Assembly: GCF_036365525.1 (NCBI RefSeq) | Contig: NC_090372.1 | Span: 179,033,800 to 179,097,799 of the forward strand | Direction of reading: 5' to 3' | DNA length: 64,000 bases | Source: Heterodontus francisci | Lineage: Eukaryota | Shown here: in pieces, positions 24,205 through 37,719 of the stretch | How positions within the stretch are numbered: the first letter of the stretch is position 1 | Layout: each line of letters opens with the position of its first letter | Translations under genes and position numbers: made by a program | The notes under the pieces: model-generated | Database searches by the model: none | Told to the model about the DNA's origin: nothing | The model's input: only the letters and a program-made list of their open reading frames with translations

Positions 24205-24789
24205 CGCACAAGCGCAGGTGTGGAAAGAGATACAGTCGTTTTTGTCGAGGTTCATCCCAAGCAGCTCTGTAACATAGGAGTCTGTGCTCTACGGGCTGTT
24301 CCCAGGGACGCACACCGAGATAAACATCAACTGCTGCTGGGGAACCATCAATTCAGTGAAAGACGCTCTTTGTTCTGCCTGAAACTTGCTGGTCTTCCAG
24401 TGCAAAGAGTTGTCCACGACCGAGTGTTGCAGACTGGCACATTCCAAGGTCCAGGACTACGTGCTGAGGGACGCGCTAAAGCTTGGGGCAGCCGTGGCAA
24501 AGGCTCAATGGGGAAAGACCACTGTGTAAGGTCCCCCTCCCAAGGTGAACTGAGGGGCTGGATCCATGGAAAACCCCTCAGGCTGTATCCAGCAAATATG
24601 GGTTTGCTGCAAAATGTACATGGCATGTAAAATGAAATGGAAGGGTTGTGAGGCAACTCACTCCTGTATTGAAGGAAACTGATCTCCTTTGCACTCTTTG
24701 TATTGTTGACTGGGTACTGTTTTGAACTGTTTCGTAATGTATTTTTTACAGATTTTTATGAATAAAGTATATTTTGTAAATTAAAAAAA
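24205..24789 (+). mobile_element. Tx1/L1-clade non-LTR retrotransposon 3' end
   Basis: VWKEIQSFLSRFIP..VLYGLFPGTH..TINSVKDAL..VQDYVLRDALKLG C-terminus, AATAAA and A tail. Confidence 0.75.
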
Positions 24790-24794
24790 CAAGC

Positions 24795-25545
24795 ACGGGA
24801 TTTATGCTGTGGAGCCGCTGCATTTACCATTTACATGGCCAGGGCAGACCGTCCCGCCCGATGAAATGGAGGGGGCGGGCGCTCCATTCCCGACAACGGC
24901 ATCCGGCGCCATTGCACAGGTGCCAACACCATTTTTAAAGGGCTCTGAGCCCTTACATGTAATTTGAATTTTTAAAGGAATAGAGATGTCGGCTCAATTT
25001 GAAAAAAATGAATAAGGTTTCAAGCCCCTCCCGCCCCACAAAGACCAAACATTTCATTCCTTCCCCTCTCCCCCACAAAATACTTACCTTTCCCACCTGA
25101 CCTTCCCCACCCCCACCCAAAGGTCACAAACTTTAATCTTTACCCCTTCCCACCACCCCTAGATCAATTAAAATAGTTTGACCCCACTCTCTCCCCTCCT
25201 GCACTGAGGAACTTACCTGTTGGCCCTCCCCATCAGTGTTTCACCTTACATCACTGGTCGGAGATCTTACGGCACAAGAATGCCGGCCACTGACTGCAAT
25301 ATTGGAGCGGGACGGCCGATGGGACCAGGTAATTCATTAATTCGTTCATTTACATTTATTAACATATTTCAATGGCGTTCCCGTCGCTGCGCGGCGGGTG
25401 GGACTGTCACGAGGCCTTGCCGCCACCAGCAATATGGAGCGGGGCCTTCGTGCTGTCAAGGCCTGTGGCGGGCCTTTCCCAGAGCCATTTTCTGGGACCT
25501 CCAGCCACGACCTCCGAGGTCGGGGTGGCCAGTAAAATTCAGCCC
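24795..25545. mobile_element. Non-autonomous Harbinger-type element
   Basis: GC-rich ends; right terminus TAAAATTCAGCCC. Confidence 0.55.
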
Positions 25546-26078
25546 AAGATCTGTGTATAGAAATGATTGATGATACTAAACTGAAGAAGATATTTAATGT
25601 AAAAATCCAAAAAATTGTGGCAGTGATGCCAGTCCACATTACATAGTTGAGTCTTAATGCCTTCTGAAGTGGCCCATTAAGTCATTCAGTTATACAAGCA
25701 GTCCTTAGAAACAATATTAAGAATCTACCACTGAGAAGGACAAGAGCAAACACAACATAGGGACACCATCACTTCCAAGTTATCCTCCAAGTTATTTGAG
25801 TCATTGTCGTCAGTCCCTTGAAATGAGGATGATGTCTGCCAGGGTTTATGATTTGTGTGTTCTCAGGTGACTCAGCAGGCCAATCCTGGAGCCACCAGTC
25901 TTTGCACAGAGAGGACGTGTTGCCCTGAGGGACGGGGATTCTTGATCCAAGGTCCTGCTCTCTCTCCTTCTGCTTTTGACGTTTCTCCGCAGCAGAATTT
26001 ATGCGGTCAGTTTCCGACTGTGCTGTGGCTTGTTCGATGAGGCATCGCCAGATGGCACGGTTAACAGCAAGTTCCTCC

Positions 26079-26333
26079 TGCCATGAGATTCTTTATGGTA
26101 TCTTAAGCAACACAATGAGATACATGGATTCCAGTTCCTTGAAGATCTCTAGAGGATTTATTAACAGCTAAACTAGTATATACAATACGGAGCAAACTAT
26201 ATACAGAACCTTTGTCCAGAGTGTTACAGTGCAGAGTGACTATGGCTTCTAGTCACATGACTTCTTCCTGATACTTAGCTCATTAGCATACTGAGTTTTA
26301 AAGGGACATCACTCTTAAAGCGATCATACAACA
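26079..26333 (-). mobile_element. Short solo LTR (255 bp)
   Basis: TG...CA termini, perfect 5-bp TSD CCTCC (26074-26078, 26334-26338), AATAAA on minus strand; removal restores the RTE frame AWEELAVNRAIWR. Confidence 0.8.
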
Positions 26334-26530
26334 CCTCCCACGCACCAGTGTCAATTTGTTCCCTTTTCAATGAGGCCTTCAGAGTGTCCTTAAAACGTTT
26401 TCTCTGTCCTCTTTGAGATCGGGCGCCATCCATAAGTTGTGAAAAAGGGATCTGCTTCGGAAGCCGATTATTTGGCATACAGATGCAGTGTTCAGACCAG
26501 CGGTGTTGGTTTCACATGATCACATGATTT

Positions 26531-26890
26531 GGGCGGCACAGTGGCGCAGTGGTTAGCACCGCAGCCTCATAGCTCCAGGGACCCGGGTTCGATTCCGGGT
26601 ACTGCCTGTGTGGAGTTTGCAAGTTCTCCCTGTGTCTGCGTGGGTTTTCTCCGGGTGCTCCGGTTTCCTCCCACAAGCCAAAAGACTTGCAGGTTGATAG
26701 GTAAATTGGCCATTATAAATTGTCACTAGTATAGGTAGGTGGTAGGGAAATATAGGGACAGGTGGGGATGTTTGGTAGGAATATGGGATTAGTGTAGGAT
26801 TAGTATAAATGGGTGGTTGATGTTCGGCACAGACTCGGTGGGCCGAAGGGCCTGTTTCAGTGCTGTATCTCTAATCTAATCTAATCTAAT
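26531..26890 (+). mobile_element. HE1-type V-SINE (elasmobranch)
   Basis: tRNA-like head TGGCGCAGTGG...GGTTCGATTCC, V-domain TGTGTGGAGTTTGCA...CTCCGGTTTCCTCCCAC, CR1-type tail GGGCCGAAGGGCCTGTTTCAGTGCTGTA, (CTAAT)n end. Confidence 0.9.
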
Positions 26891-26991
26891 CATGGTTGCA
26901 ATGCTGGAGGAATTGGCTTCAATGAGGATGCTGGAGTTTGTTCGCCTGTCATCCCACTTGACTTTGAATATCCTCTGGCAATGCCTCTATT

Positions 26992-27385
26992 AGAAATGGT
27001 GGTGCAGTGGCAATGTCACTGGGCTTAAAATTCAGCAGCCAGGTTGATGCCCTGGGGACATGGGTTCAAATCTCACCATGGCAACTGATGAAATTTAAAT
27101 TTAATTAATTACTAAATTCACTTAATGAAAAGAAATCTGGAATTGAAAGCTATTTTCAGTCATGGTCCCATGAAACGATCATTGATTGTTGTAAAAACCC
27201 ATCTGGTTCACTAATGTCCTTTCGGGGAGAAAATCTGCTGTCCTACACGTGACTGCAGACCCACTGCAATGTGGTTGACTCTTAAATGCCCTCTGAAATG
27301 GCCCTGTTGTCAAAAGCAATGAGGGATGGGCAACAAATGCTGGCACTGCCAGTGATGTCCACATCCCATAAAAGAATTTTTTTAA
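26992..27385 (+). mobile_element. tRNA-headed SINE with WH-type LINE tail (second copy)
   Basis: Collinear with 1416-1816. Confidence 0.85.
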
Positions 27386-27901
27386 ATTCTCTGGTGCCCA
27401 GAGGTGCCTTTGGTAGATTATCCAAGTCTCACTGCCAAAAAGAAGAGTGGTGACAGCAACAGCAAAAGCGTTGTAGACTAAAGCCTTTGTCCTCTTATGG
27501 AGATCTCTGTTGTCGAAGACACAGTTATGCAATTTTTGGAAGGCTGCGCTGGCACAATCGATTCTGTGCTGGATCTGCACTTCAATGGTGACCTTTTGAG
27601 AAATGTAGCTGCCGAGATATGGAAAGTTCAATGACTTCTAAAGTCTCCCCATCAATAACAACCTCCTGGGGAGGGCTGGTGGAGGATTTTGGTCTTGCTG
27701 ATGTTGAGTGAGAGATCAACTCTTTTATATGCAGAGCTGAAGAGCTTGAGGGTGGTCTGAACATCACTTGCAGTGTGGGCCACAACTGCATAGTCGTGGT
27801 ATATTGTAAATTGCGAATGTGATGGAGAGTAACATTAGTCTTAGCTCTCAGCTTGATAAGGTTGAAAAGCTTCCCGTCAAGTCAAAATTCAATTGTGACC
27901 C

Positions 27902-28784
27902 TGTTAAGGCCACATGGTGAGGGATTTGTGTGGTTCCTACTGTTCAACTGCCACCTGACCACAGCAAGTGTTTTTTGTTGTCAGGATTTAACTCCTTTGT
28001 GTTTTATTTGTAAAATAAACAGACAGTGTAAGGTTTTCTTCTAGGTTTAAAACAGCAAATCAATTATTTATTGATCAATATGCCTTAACCTGAAATTGTT
28101 GCAACCGCAACCACTCACGCCTGCGCACACACATAGATACACACATAAGAAGAGACAGATAGCGAGGAAAAGGGGTAAGCGATGGTAAGGAGGGGGTAGG
28201 TTTCAGTGTGGGTCACAGTAAACCTGTTGAAGTCTCTCAGAAGTCAAGTTCTCGTTGGTTGCAGGCCTGAGGTATTTGTAGTTTCCTCACTTGGTTGAAA
28301 ATTCAGTTGAAGACAGTGGATCAATTCTAATTCACTGCTGTATAAGTATAGAGGTAGAATTCTACAACAAGGTGCATCCCTTCTGGCTGCTGGATTTCTC
28401 AGCCTCTTCTTGGATGCTTCTTTCTGAATGTCTCTCTCTCTCTCTCTTACTCTAGGCTGCCTTTTAAGGTAAAGATTTGTTACATCTTGCCTCTGCTAGG
28501 AGACAGGGATTTTCCTCCATGTAGTGACAAACAATGGCCCAGGATGTGGCTACTTCACAACTTCTTTGTTTCAGAAGAACCCATCTGATTCAAAAATGTC
28601 TCTTGATGGGTTCAATTGATACCTCTCAACCTAATTAGGCATTCTAAACAGTGTGGCCATGTTCAAATAGACATGCAACAATTTTTAGCAGCATTGTTCA
28701 CTTTTTAAAAGACAATGTCAATTTTTGTAACTCTTCTGTTTTAGTCCATAATTTTTCATCATCACACTTCTTGTGTGCGTGACA
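27902..28784 (-). mobile_element. Solo LTR (883 bp)
   Basis: TGT...ACA termini, perfect 4-bp TSD ACCC (27898-27901, 28785-28788), minus-strand AATAAA near 28070. Confidence 0.85.
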
Positions 28785-30329
28785 ACCCCTCGTAGGAGTT
28801 GCTCATGAATGAGTTCCATGACCAGGCTGAGGTAAATAGTGAAGAGAGTTGGTGTAATCGCACAGCCTTGTTCGACACCGTTTGGATATGCAAGGGCTCA
28901 GTCTCCAATCCATTGTAAAGGACAATTGCTGTCATACTGTCATGCAAGAGTCACAGAATAGTAACATATTTTGCTGGACATCCAGGTCTCTGGGGAACTT
29001 TACAAAGAGATTCGCAGTTGATGGAATCAAAGACCTTTGACACATCAATAAAGGCCATGTAGAACTCTTTGTGTTGTTCCAGGCACTTCTCTTGGATTTG
29101 TTCAGCGGCAATGATTCCCCTGGATGAGCGGAAACAAAATTGGGTATCTGGAAGTATGTCCTCACTGCTGGGTAGGAGGTGGTTCAGGAAGATTCATGTG
29201 AGAATCTTCCCCACTGTGGACAGAAGGGATATGCCTCGATAGTTCCCACAAATTGATTTATCACCCTTCTTAAAAAGTAAGACAGTGATGGCATTGTGGA
29301 AGTTGGGAGGTACCACCTCTTCTTCCCAGATTTATGTAAAAGGGTCTGAAAGTTTGAGCGAATGTTCATGACTGCCAGCTTTATAGATCTCTGCAGGAAT
29401 GTTGTCCAGACCAGACACCTTGTAATTCTGCATCTGTTGGATAGCCTTTTGTATCTCAGCAAGTGTTGGCAGCATTCCCGAATATGATCTCTCATGCTGT
29501 GAGGGATTGTTTTGATAGTTTTGTCTGATACTGTTGCCTCCCGATTGAGAAGGTTCCAGTAGTGCTCCTCCCAATGGTCTTGGACAGCTGCAGCATCCAT
29601 AGCTCGGAGGGAGGAGGAACCATTTGTTTTCCGTTCATAGATAGTCTTGGTGGCCTGGAAGAAGCTGTGCGTTCAAATCACACACCATCTCAAAACCGAA
29701 CCCAACCCGCCTCCATAACACCCACCTCCGGTTTTAATGCAGGTGGGCTAGGGGACAGGCAACCAATACACTCCCAAGAGGCAGGAAATTTGATCATTTA
29801 ACATGAGACTGTGTGCCTCAGATTATAATACCATATTCGTTTTAACCTTGGCTGGCTGTGCTTGCAAGGCCTCGGAAACCCAACAGGTAAAGGGAGATGA
29901 GGACTGCTGCGTGGAAGATGTAGTTGCCTTTACAGGACTGCCTGTAGGCCAGGAGTATCAGGAGTGCTTTCCCTTGGTCCCCCAAGCTAACCTGCTTCCC
30001 TCCCCATGATCCAAAGCCCTCTGTGATCCAAAGTCCTCCCCTGGGCGATTACTGATAAACCCCACAATCAGACACCCCCACCCTTAACATCACCGATGCC
30101 GCCCCCACGATCAGACCCTCCAGTGATATCACTGACCCTCCCACACAATTGGACCCCCCGCAATATCACCAAATCCCCACAAACGATCCACCCATTGATC
30201 CTCATTTGTGCCCCAATCTGTCTCTGACTCCCGCAGTCTGCCAATCAGGCTGGCTTCCGGGTAGGGATTCTGTTTTTAAAAAAAGGACAAGTGCGATGGA
30301 GTTAAAACTCCACAGCACTCGAGGAAGCT

Positions 30330-30562
30330 TTCCACATAAAGCAAAATGGAAATCTGGAACTCACTCCCCCAAAGGCTGTGGATGCTGAGTCAATTAAAAT
30401 CTTTAAGTCTGAGATTGATAGATCTTTGCAAAATAAGTAAATCAAGAGATGGAGAACAGAGGCAGGTAAGAGTTGAGATCTAGATCAGCCATGATCTCAT
30501 TGAATGGCAGAACAGACTTGAGGGGCTAAATAATCGACTCCTCTTTCTATGTCTCTATGTTT
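30330..30562 (+). mobile_element. CR1 3' end
   Basis: WNSLPQ motif, typical 3' UTR GATCAGCCATGATCTCATTGAATGG, TCTATG-type tail. Confidence 0.75.
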
Positions 30563-31406
30563 CAGAAACATTGCAACTGGGATCGTAAATCCTGCCAAAA
30601 TTTTTGCTATCGTATACCGGGAATGCTGAGACTAATTACTATAATCCCAGATGCGATCCAATCAGCATAGACCCGAAATTGAATTTGGAGCCTTTTTAGT
30701 CTCTATGGCTGAGCATCACACTAGACACGAGGGAGTGCCGAGAGGCTAAGACAACAATAATAACACCAACAATGCCTTGCATTTTTATAGCGCCTTACTA
30801 AGGAGAATGTAAACACCAAGAAATAAAAGAATGGTGGCTATGAAGTGATTTTTAAAGGTGGGGAAGGAGGTTTGAGGAGGGAGTTCCAGAGGATAGGAAA
30901 CCTAAAAATTCTTTTTTTTAAATGGAATTGAATCACATTGTGCCTTGGCCAAGGATTGTTATATTCTATCCCACATATTGGTATGGGAATCTGATCTGCA
31001 CATCACAGAGGTGGATATATGCTCAGCCTTAAATTTACAACCCATGGAATTCAATCTCAGGAAAAGGTTTTGAACGTTGTCTCCAAGAAATAACAATCAA
31101 ACTAGTCATTTTTATAATAAGTTGTTATAGAAAGTTTTGGTCTTATTATTAAGATCAAAAGGATGCATTGATCCTCCACTGTCTAGTATTATCCTCTCCT
31201 ATAATAATGGGTATCTGTAATTGCAGGTTGCTGCAAAAACACTGGGAATGTACTTGGGTCAACAATTTTGAAAACTGGTCTGACCAGTTGGGAAGAAGAC
31301 AGCAACATGGCTTTTAGAGTTCCTCAGATTTCTTAAAAGAAATTTGTATTTATATTAAAAAAGTGTTTCACAAACCAACAACAATTTATTTTTATGCAGC
31401 ACCTTT

Positions 31407-34004
31407 AAAGAACAAAGAACAAAGAACAGTACAGCACAGGAACAGGCCATTCGGCCCTCCAAGCCTGCGCCGATCTTGATGCCTGCCTAAACTAAAACCT
31501 TCTGCACTTCCGGGGTCCGTATCCCTCTATTCCCATCCTATTTATGTATTTGTCAAGATGCCTCTTAAACGTCTCTATGGTACCTGCTCCCACCACCTCC
31601 CCCGGCAACAAGTTCCAGGCACTCACCACCCTCTGTGTAAAGAACTTGCCTCGCACATCCCCTCTAAACTTTGCCCCTCTCACCTTAAACCTATGTCCCC
31701 TAGGAACTGACTCTTCCACCCTGGGAAAAAGCTTCTGACTATCCACTCTGTCCATGCCGCTTATAACTTTGTAAACCTCTATCATGTCGCCCCTCTACCT
31801 CCGTCGTTCCAGTGAAAACAATCCGAGTTTATCCAACCTCCAGACCAGGCAAAATCCTGGTAAACCTCTTCTGTACCCTCTCCAAAGCCTCCACATCCTT
31901 CTGGTAGTGTGGCAACCAGAATTGCACGCAATATTCTAAGTGTGGCCTAACTAAAGTTCTGTACAGCTGCAGCATGACTTGCCAATTTTTATACTCTATT
32001 CCCCGACTGATGAAGGCAAGCATGCCGTATGCCTTCTTGACTACCTTATCCACCTGCGTTGCCACTTTCAGTGACCTGTGGACCTGTACGCCCAGATCTC
32101 TCTGCCTGTCAATACTCCTAAGGGTTCTTCCATTTACTGTATACTTCCCACCTGCATTAGACCTTCCAAAATGCATTACCTCACATTTGTCCGAATTAAA
32201 CTCCATCTGCCATTTCTCCGCCCAAGTCTCCAACCGATCTATATCCTGCTGTATCCTCTGACAACCCACATCACTGTCCGCAACTCCACCAACCTTTGTG
32301 TCGTCTGCAAACTTACTAATCAGACCAGCTACATTTTCCTCCAAATCATTTATATATACTACAAACAGCAAAGGTCCCAGCACTGATCCCTGCGGAACAC
32401 CACTAGTCACATCCTTCCATTCAGAAAAGCACCCTTCTACTGCTGCCCTCTGTCTTCTATGACAGAGCCAGTTCTGTATCCATCTTGCCAGCTCTCCTCT
32501 GATCCCATGTGACTTCACCTTTTGTATCAGTCTGCCATGAGTGACCTTGTCAAAGGCTTTACTGAAGTCCATATAGATAACATCCACTGCCCTTCCTTCA
32601 TCAATCATCTTTGTCACTTCCTCAAAAAACTCAATCAAATTAGTGAGACACGACCTCCCCTTCACAAAACCATGCTGCCTCTCGCTAATAAGTCCATTTG
32701 TTTCCAAATGGGAGTAAATCCTGTCCCGAAGAATCCTCTCTAATAATTTCCCTACGACTGACATAAGGCTCACCGGCCTATAATTTCCTGGATTATCCTT
32801 GCTACCCTTCTTAAACAACATTGGCTATTCTCCAGTCCTCTGGGACCTCACCTGTAGCCAATGAGGATGCAAAGATTTCTATCAAGGCCCCAGCAATTTC
32901 TTCCCTTGCCTCCCTCAGTATTCTGGGGTAGATCCCATCATGCCCTGGGGACTTATCTACCTTAATGCTTTGCAAGACACCCAACACCTCCTCCTTTTTG
33001 ATAATGAGATGACTGAGACTATCTACACTCCCTTCCCTATGCTCATCATCCACCAAGTCCTTTTCCTTGGTGAATACTGATGCAAAGTACTCATTTAGTA
33101 CCTCGCCCATTTCCTCTGGCTCCACGCATAGATTCCCTTCTCTGTCCTTGAGTGGGCCAACCCTTTCCCTGGTTACCCTCTTGCTCTTTATATACATATA
33201 AAAAGCCTTGGGATTCTCCTTAATCCTGTTTGCCAATGACTTCTCATAACCCCTTTTAGCCCTCCTGATTCCTTGCTTAAGTTCCTTCCTACTGTCTTTA
33301 TATTCCTCAAGGGATTCGTCTGTTCCTAGCCTTCCAGCCCTTATGAATGCTTCCTTTTTCTTTTTGACGAGGCTCACAATATCCCGCGTTATCCAAGGTT
33401 CCCGAAACTTGCCAAACTTATCCTTCTTCCTCACAGGAACATGCTGGTCCTGGATGCTGATCAACTGACATTTGAAAGACTTCCACATGTCAGATGTCGA
33501 TTTACCCTCAAACAGCCGTCCCCAATCTAAATTCTTCAGTACCTGCCTAATATTGTTATAATTAGCCTTTCCCCAATTTAGCACCTTCACCCGAGGACTA
33601 CTCTTATCCTTATCCACAAGTACCTTAAAACTTATGGAATTATGGTCACTGTTCCCGAAATGCTCCCCGACAGAAACTTCGACCACCTGGTCGGGCTCAT
33701 TCCCCAAAACCAGGTCCAGTATGGCCCCATCCCTAGTTGGACTATCTACATGTTGTTTCAAGAAGCCCTCCTGGATGCTCCTTACAAATTCTGCCCCATC
33801 CAAGCCCCTAGCACTAAGTGAGTCCCAGTCAATATAGGGGAAGTTAAAAATCACCCACCACTACAACCCTGTTACCTTTACATCTTTCCAAAATCTGTCT
33901 ACATATCTGCTCCTCTACCTCCCGCTGGCTGTTGGGAGGCCTGTAGTAAAACCCCAACATCGTGACTGCACCCTTCCTATTCCTGAGCTCCACCCATATT
34001 GCCT
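31407..34004 (-). mobile_element. CR1 LINE subfamily b, 5'-truncated, inserted into an L2 3' end
   Basis: ORFs 32811..33854, 31829..32821 and 31492..31785 (APE end, RT, C-terminus) separated by small deletions; (TTCTTTG)n tail; L2 sequence at 31375-31406 resumes at about 34005-34190. Confidence 0.95.
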
Positions 34005-35526
34005 TGTAATGTAATAAAAAGTCACAAGGCGTTCACGGGAGCATTATAAAACAAAATATGACTATGAGCTACATAAGGAGATAATAAGTCAGATGACCAA
34101 CAGCTTGGTAAAGAGGTAGGTTTTAAGGTGTGTCTTAAAGGAGGAAAGAGAGGTGGAGAGGTTTAGGCAGGGAATTCTGGAGCTTAGAATAAAAAGTAAC
34201 CAGTGTTGCTGTCCCTGATCACAGTGATTCCCGCTGCCAGTGTGTTTGGACATCAGTTGAAATTAGATTTGGCTTGGCTGCAATGTGCTCTACAGGCTCA
34301 TAACTTGGCCAAAACTTACTGCATTGGTTTTATACATATAGTGTGGCTGCCTACAAAGATGCTTGAAGCCAATTGTTATTTGTAGAACTGCAGCAAATGT
34401 TAATGTCTTCGGGAAGGAAAAACCTTCTGAAAATAACCTCTGAATGTATCATATCACAAAGTACAGTGGATGGATTCTATCTTCCACACCTTCTTCAGAA
34501 CTTACTTTAGATAAAAAAAACTACCTTTACTGGTGCTCTAAAGCTACTCAGCAGCACTGCATCAATCTCCTTTTCATCTCCTCAATGCTTTTCCCCCTAC
34601 TCACAAAGAGAAAAGGATTCTGTTGTAGTGACTATTTTTAAAGCTTATCGTGCTTGACATGACAAACGAGACAGCCACAGTGTTTTGATGGATAGGTGGC
34701 AGGACCCTGCCATGTTGTTAAACTAATATAGAGAGGTTAGAAGGTAGAAGAGCATTTTCAGACTACCAGCGTATTGGCATTCCTGTAACATATCATGTCA
34801 CAGTGCTTTGTGCTGGAAGAACCCTGTTGTTTTTCTCCTTACATAAGAAATATGGCAAATATTTTTTAAATGTCTATCATAGTTTTGTTTTATTATAATA
34901 ACTGGATGTCTTTTTCTTACTACCAAAAATGACAATGATGGGAACAGTTCTGCCATTTTGTACAGGAATGCGACCGTCCTGAATCATAGAATCATCGAAA
35001 GTTTAGGGCATAGAAAGAGGCCACTTAGCCCATCGTGTCTGCACTGGGCACCCATAATGGCTCAGTTGGTAAAGAAGTGAATGATTGAGTCAAAAAGACA
35101 AAAGGGCAGGAGATCCAAGCGAACAGCATCACTTCCAAGTTCCCCATCTAGTCACAACCATCCCAGCTTGGACCTATATCACCGGTCCTTCATTATCACT
35201 GGGTCAATATCTTAGAACTCCCTACCTAACAACATTGTGGGAGCACCTTCGAATGATATTCAGCTGCAGTTCAAGAAGAAGGCACACCACAACCTTCCTA
35301 AGGGCAATTAGGGATGAATAATAAATATTAGCCTTGCCAGAGATCACATACCCTAAAAATAAATTTTAAAACAAGAAAATCCAGAACAAGAAAAGACAGA
35401 AAGATCAACCCATCAAGCTTGTTCCAACCAGTTTGTATATAATTATTTTATCATAGATTTCCCTCTCACACCGCCTGTCCAACCCATTCTCTACAGAATG
35501 CCAAGTTATTTTCCTTACCTCCCATG

Positions 35527-37645
35527 ATAGAACATAGAACATAGAACATTACAGCGTAGTACAGGCCCTTCGGCCCTCGATGTTGCGCCGACCTGTGAAA
35601 CCATCTGACCTACACTATTCCATTTTCATCCATATGTCTATCCAATGACCACTTAAATGCCCTTAAAGTTGGCGAGTCTACTACTGTTGCAGGCAGGGCG
35701 TTCCACGCCCCTACTACTCTCTGAGTAAAGAAACTACCTCGAACATCTGTCCTATATCTATCGCCCCTCAACTTAAAGCTATGTCCCCTCGTGTTTGCCA
35801 TCACCATCCGAGGAAAAAGACTCTCACTATCCACCCAATCTAACCCTCTGATTATCTTATATGTCTCTATTAAGTCACCTCTCCTCCTCCTTCTCTCTAA
35901 CGAAAACAACCTCAAGTCTCTCAGCCTTTCCTTGTAAGACCTTCCCTCCATACCAGGCAACATCCTAATAAATCTCCTCTGCACCCTTTCCAAAGCTTCC
36001 ACATCCTTCCTATAATGCGGTGACCAGAACTGCATGCAATACTCTAGGTGCGGCCGCACCAGAGTTTTGTACAGCTACAGCATGACCTCGTGGCTCCGAA
36101 ACTCGATCCCCCTACTAATAAAAGCTAACACACCATATGCCTTCTTAACAGCCCTATTAACCTGGGTGGCAACTTTCAGGGATTTATGTACCTGGACACC
36201 AAGATATCTCTGCTCATCTACACTACCAAGAATCTTCCCATTAGCCCAGTACTCTGCATTCCTGTTACTCCTTCCAAAGTGAATCACCTCACACTTTTCC
36301 GCATTAAACTCCATTTGCCATCTCTCAGCCCAGCTCTGCAGCCTATCTATGTCCCTCTGTACCCTACAACATCCTTCGGCACTATCCACAACTCCACTGA
36401 CCTTCGTGTCATCCGCAAATTTACTAACCCACCCTTCTACACCCTCATCCAGGTCATTTATAAAAATGACAAACAGCAGTGGCCCCAAAACAGATCCTTT
36501 CGGTACACCACTAGTAACTAAACTCCAGGATGAACATTTGCCATCAACCACCACCCTCTGTCTTCTTTCAGCGAGCCAATTTCTGATCCAAAGCACTAAA
36601 TCACCTTCAATCCCATACTTCCGTATTTTCTGCTAGAGCCTACCATGGGGAACCTTATCAAACGCCTTACTGAAATCCATATACACCACATCCACGGCTT
36701 TACCCTCATCCACCTGTTTGGTCACCTTCTCAAAAAACTCAATAAGGTTTGTGAGGCACGACCTACCCTTCACAAAACTGTGCTGACTATCGCTTATGAA
36801 CTTATTCTTTTCAAGATGATTATAAATCCTATCCCTTATAACCTTTTCCAACATTTTACCCACAACCGAAGTAAGGCTCACAGGTCTATAATTACTAGGG
36901 CTGTCTCTACTCCCCTTCTTGAACAAGGGGACAACATTTGCTATCCTCCAGTCTTCCGGCACTATTCCTGTCGACAATGACGACATAAAGATCAAGGACA
37001 AAGGCTCTGCAATCTCCTCCCTGGCTTCCCAGAGAATCCTAGGATAAATCCCACCTGGCCCAGGGGATTTATCTATTTTCACACTTTCCAAAATCGCTAA
37101 CACCTCCTCCTTGTGAACCTCAATCCCATCTAGCCTAGTAGTCTGTATCTCAGTATTCTCCTCGACAACATTTTCTTTCTCTACTGTAAATACTGACGAA
37201 AAATATTCATTTAACGCTTCCCCTAACTCCTCTGATTCCACACACAACTTCCCACTACTATCCTTGATTGGCCCTAATCTAACTCTAGTCATTCTTTTAT
37301 TCCTGATATACCTATAGAAAGCCTTAGGGTTTTCCTTGATCCTATCCGCCAATGACTTCTCGTGTCCTCTCCTCGCTCTTCTAAGCTCTCCCTTTAGATC
37401 ATTCCTGGCTAGCTTGTAACTCTCAAGCACCCTAACTGAGCCTTCACGTCTCATCCTAACATAAGCCTTCTTCTTCCTCTTGACAAGCGCTTCAACTTCT
37501 TTAGTAAACCACGGCTCCCTCGCTCGACAACTTCCTCCCTGCCTGACAGGTACATACTTATCAAGGACACGCAGTAGCTGCTGCTTGACTAAGCTCCACA
37601 TTTCGATTGTGCCCATCCCCTGCAGTTTCCTTCCCCATCCATAAA
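35527..37645 (-). mobile_element. CR1 LINE subfamily c, 5'-truncated
   Basis: ORFs 36633..37655, 36075..36596 and 35610..36059 form one RT frame broken by stops; (ATGTTCT)n tail. Confidence 0.95.
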
Positions 37646-37719
37646 ATTCAAACATTGATATTAATATCTCTATAATTTTCAGTCGTGTTTTTCAACAAGC
37701 ATTAATTCAACTCTTTTTT

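Larger units (their letters stand above)
25790..29600 (-). mobile_element. RTE-clade LINE fragmented by four nested insertions
   Basis: HWEEHYWNLLNR, SGLDNIPAEIYKAG, LDGKLFNL, FPYLGSYIS, LLFGSETW, RLPKQIPFSQL..QRKRFKDTLKASLK in collinear order. Confidence 0.85.

Noticed and set aside
26531-26600. tRNA genes (also 58050, 1416, 26992)
   Set aside because: A/B boxes run directly into SINE bodies and LINE-derived tails
34525-34596. 72-bp minus-strand segment with AG/GT boundaries as a coding exon
   Set aside because: Stop codons in all three frames; no recognisable protein
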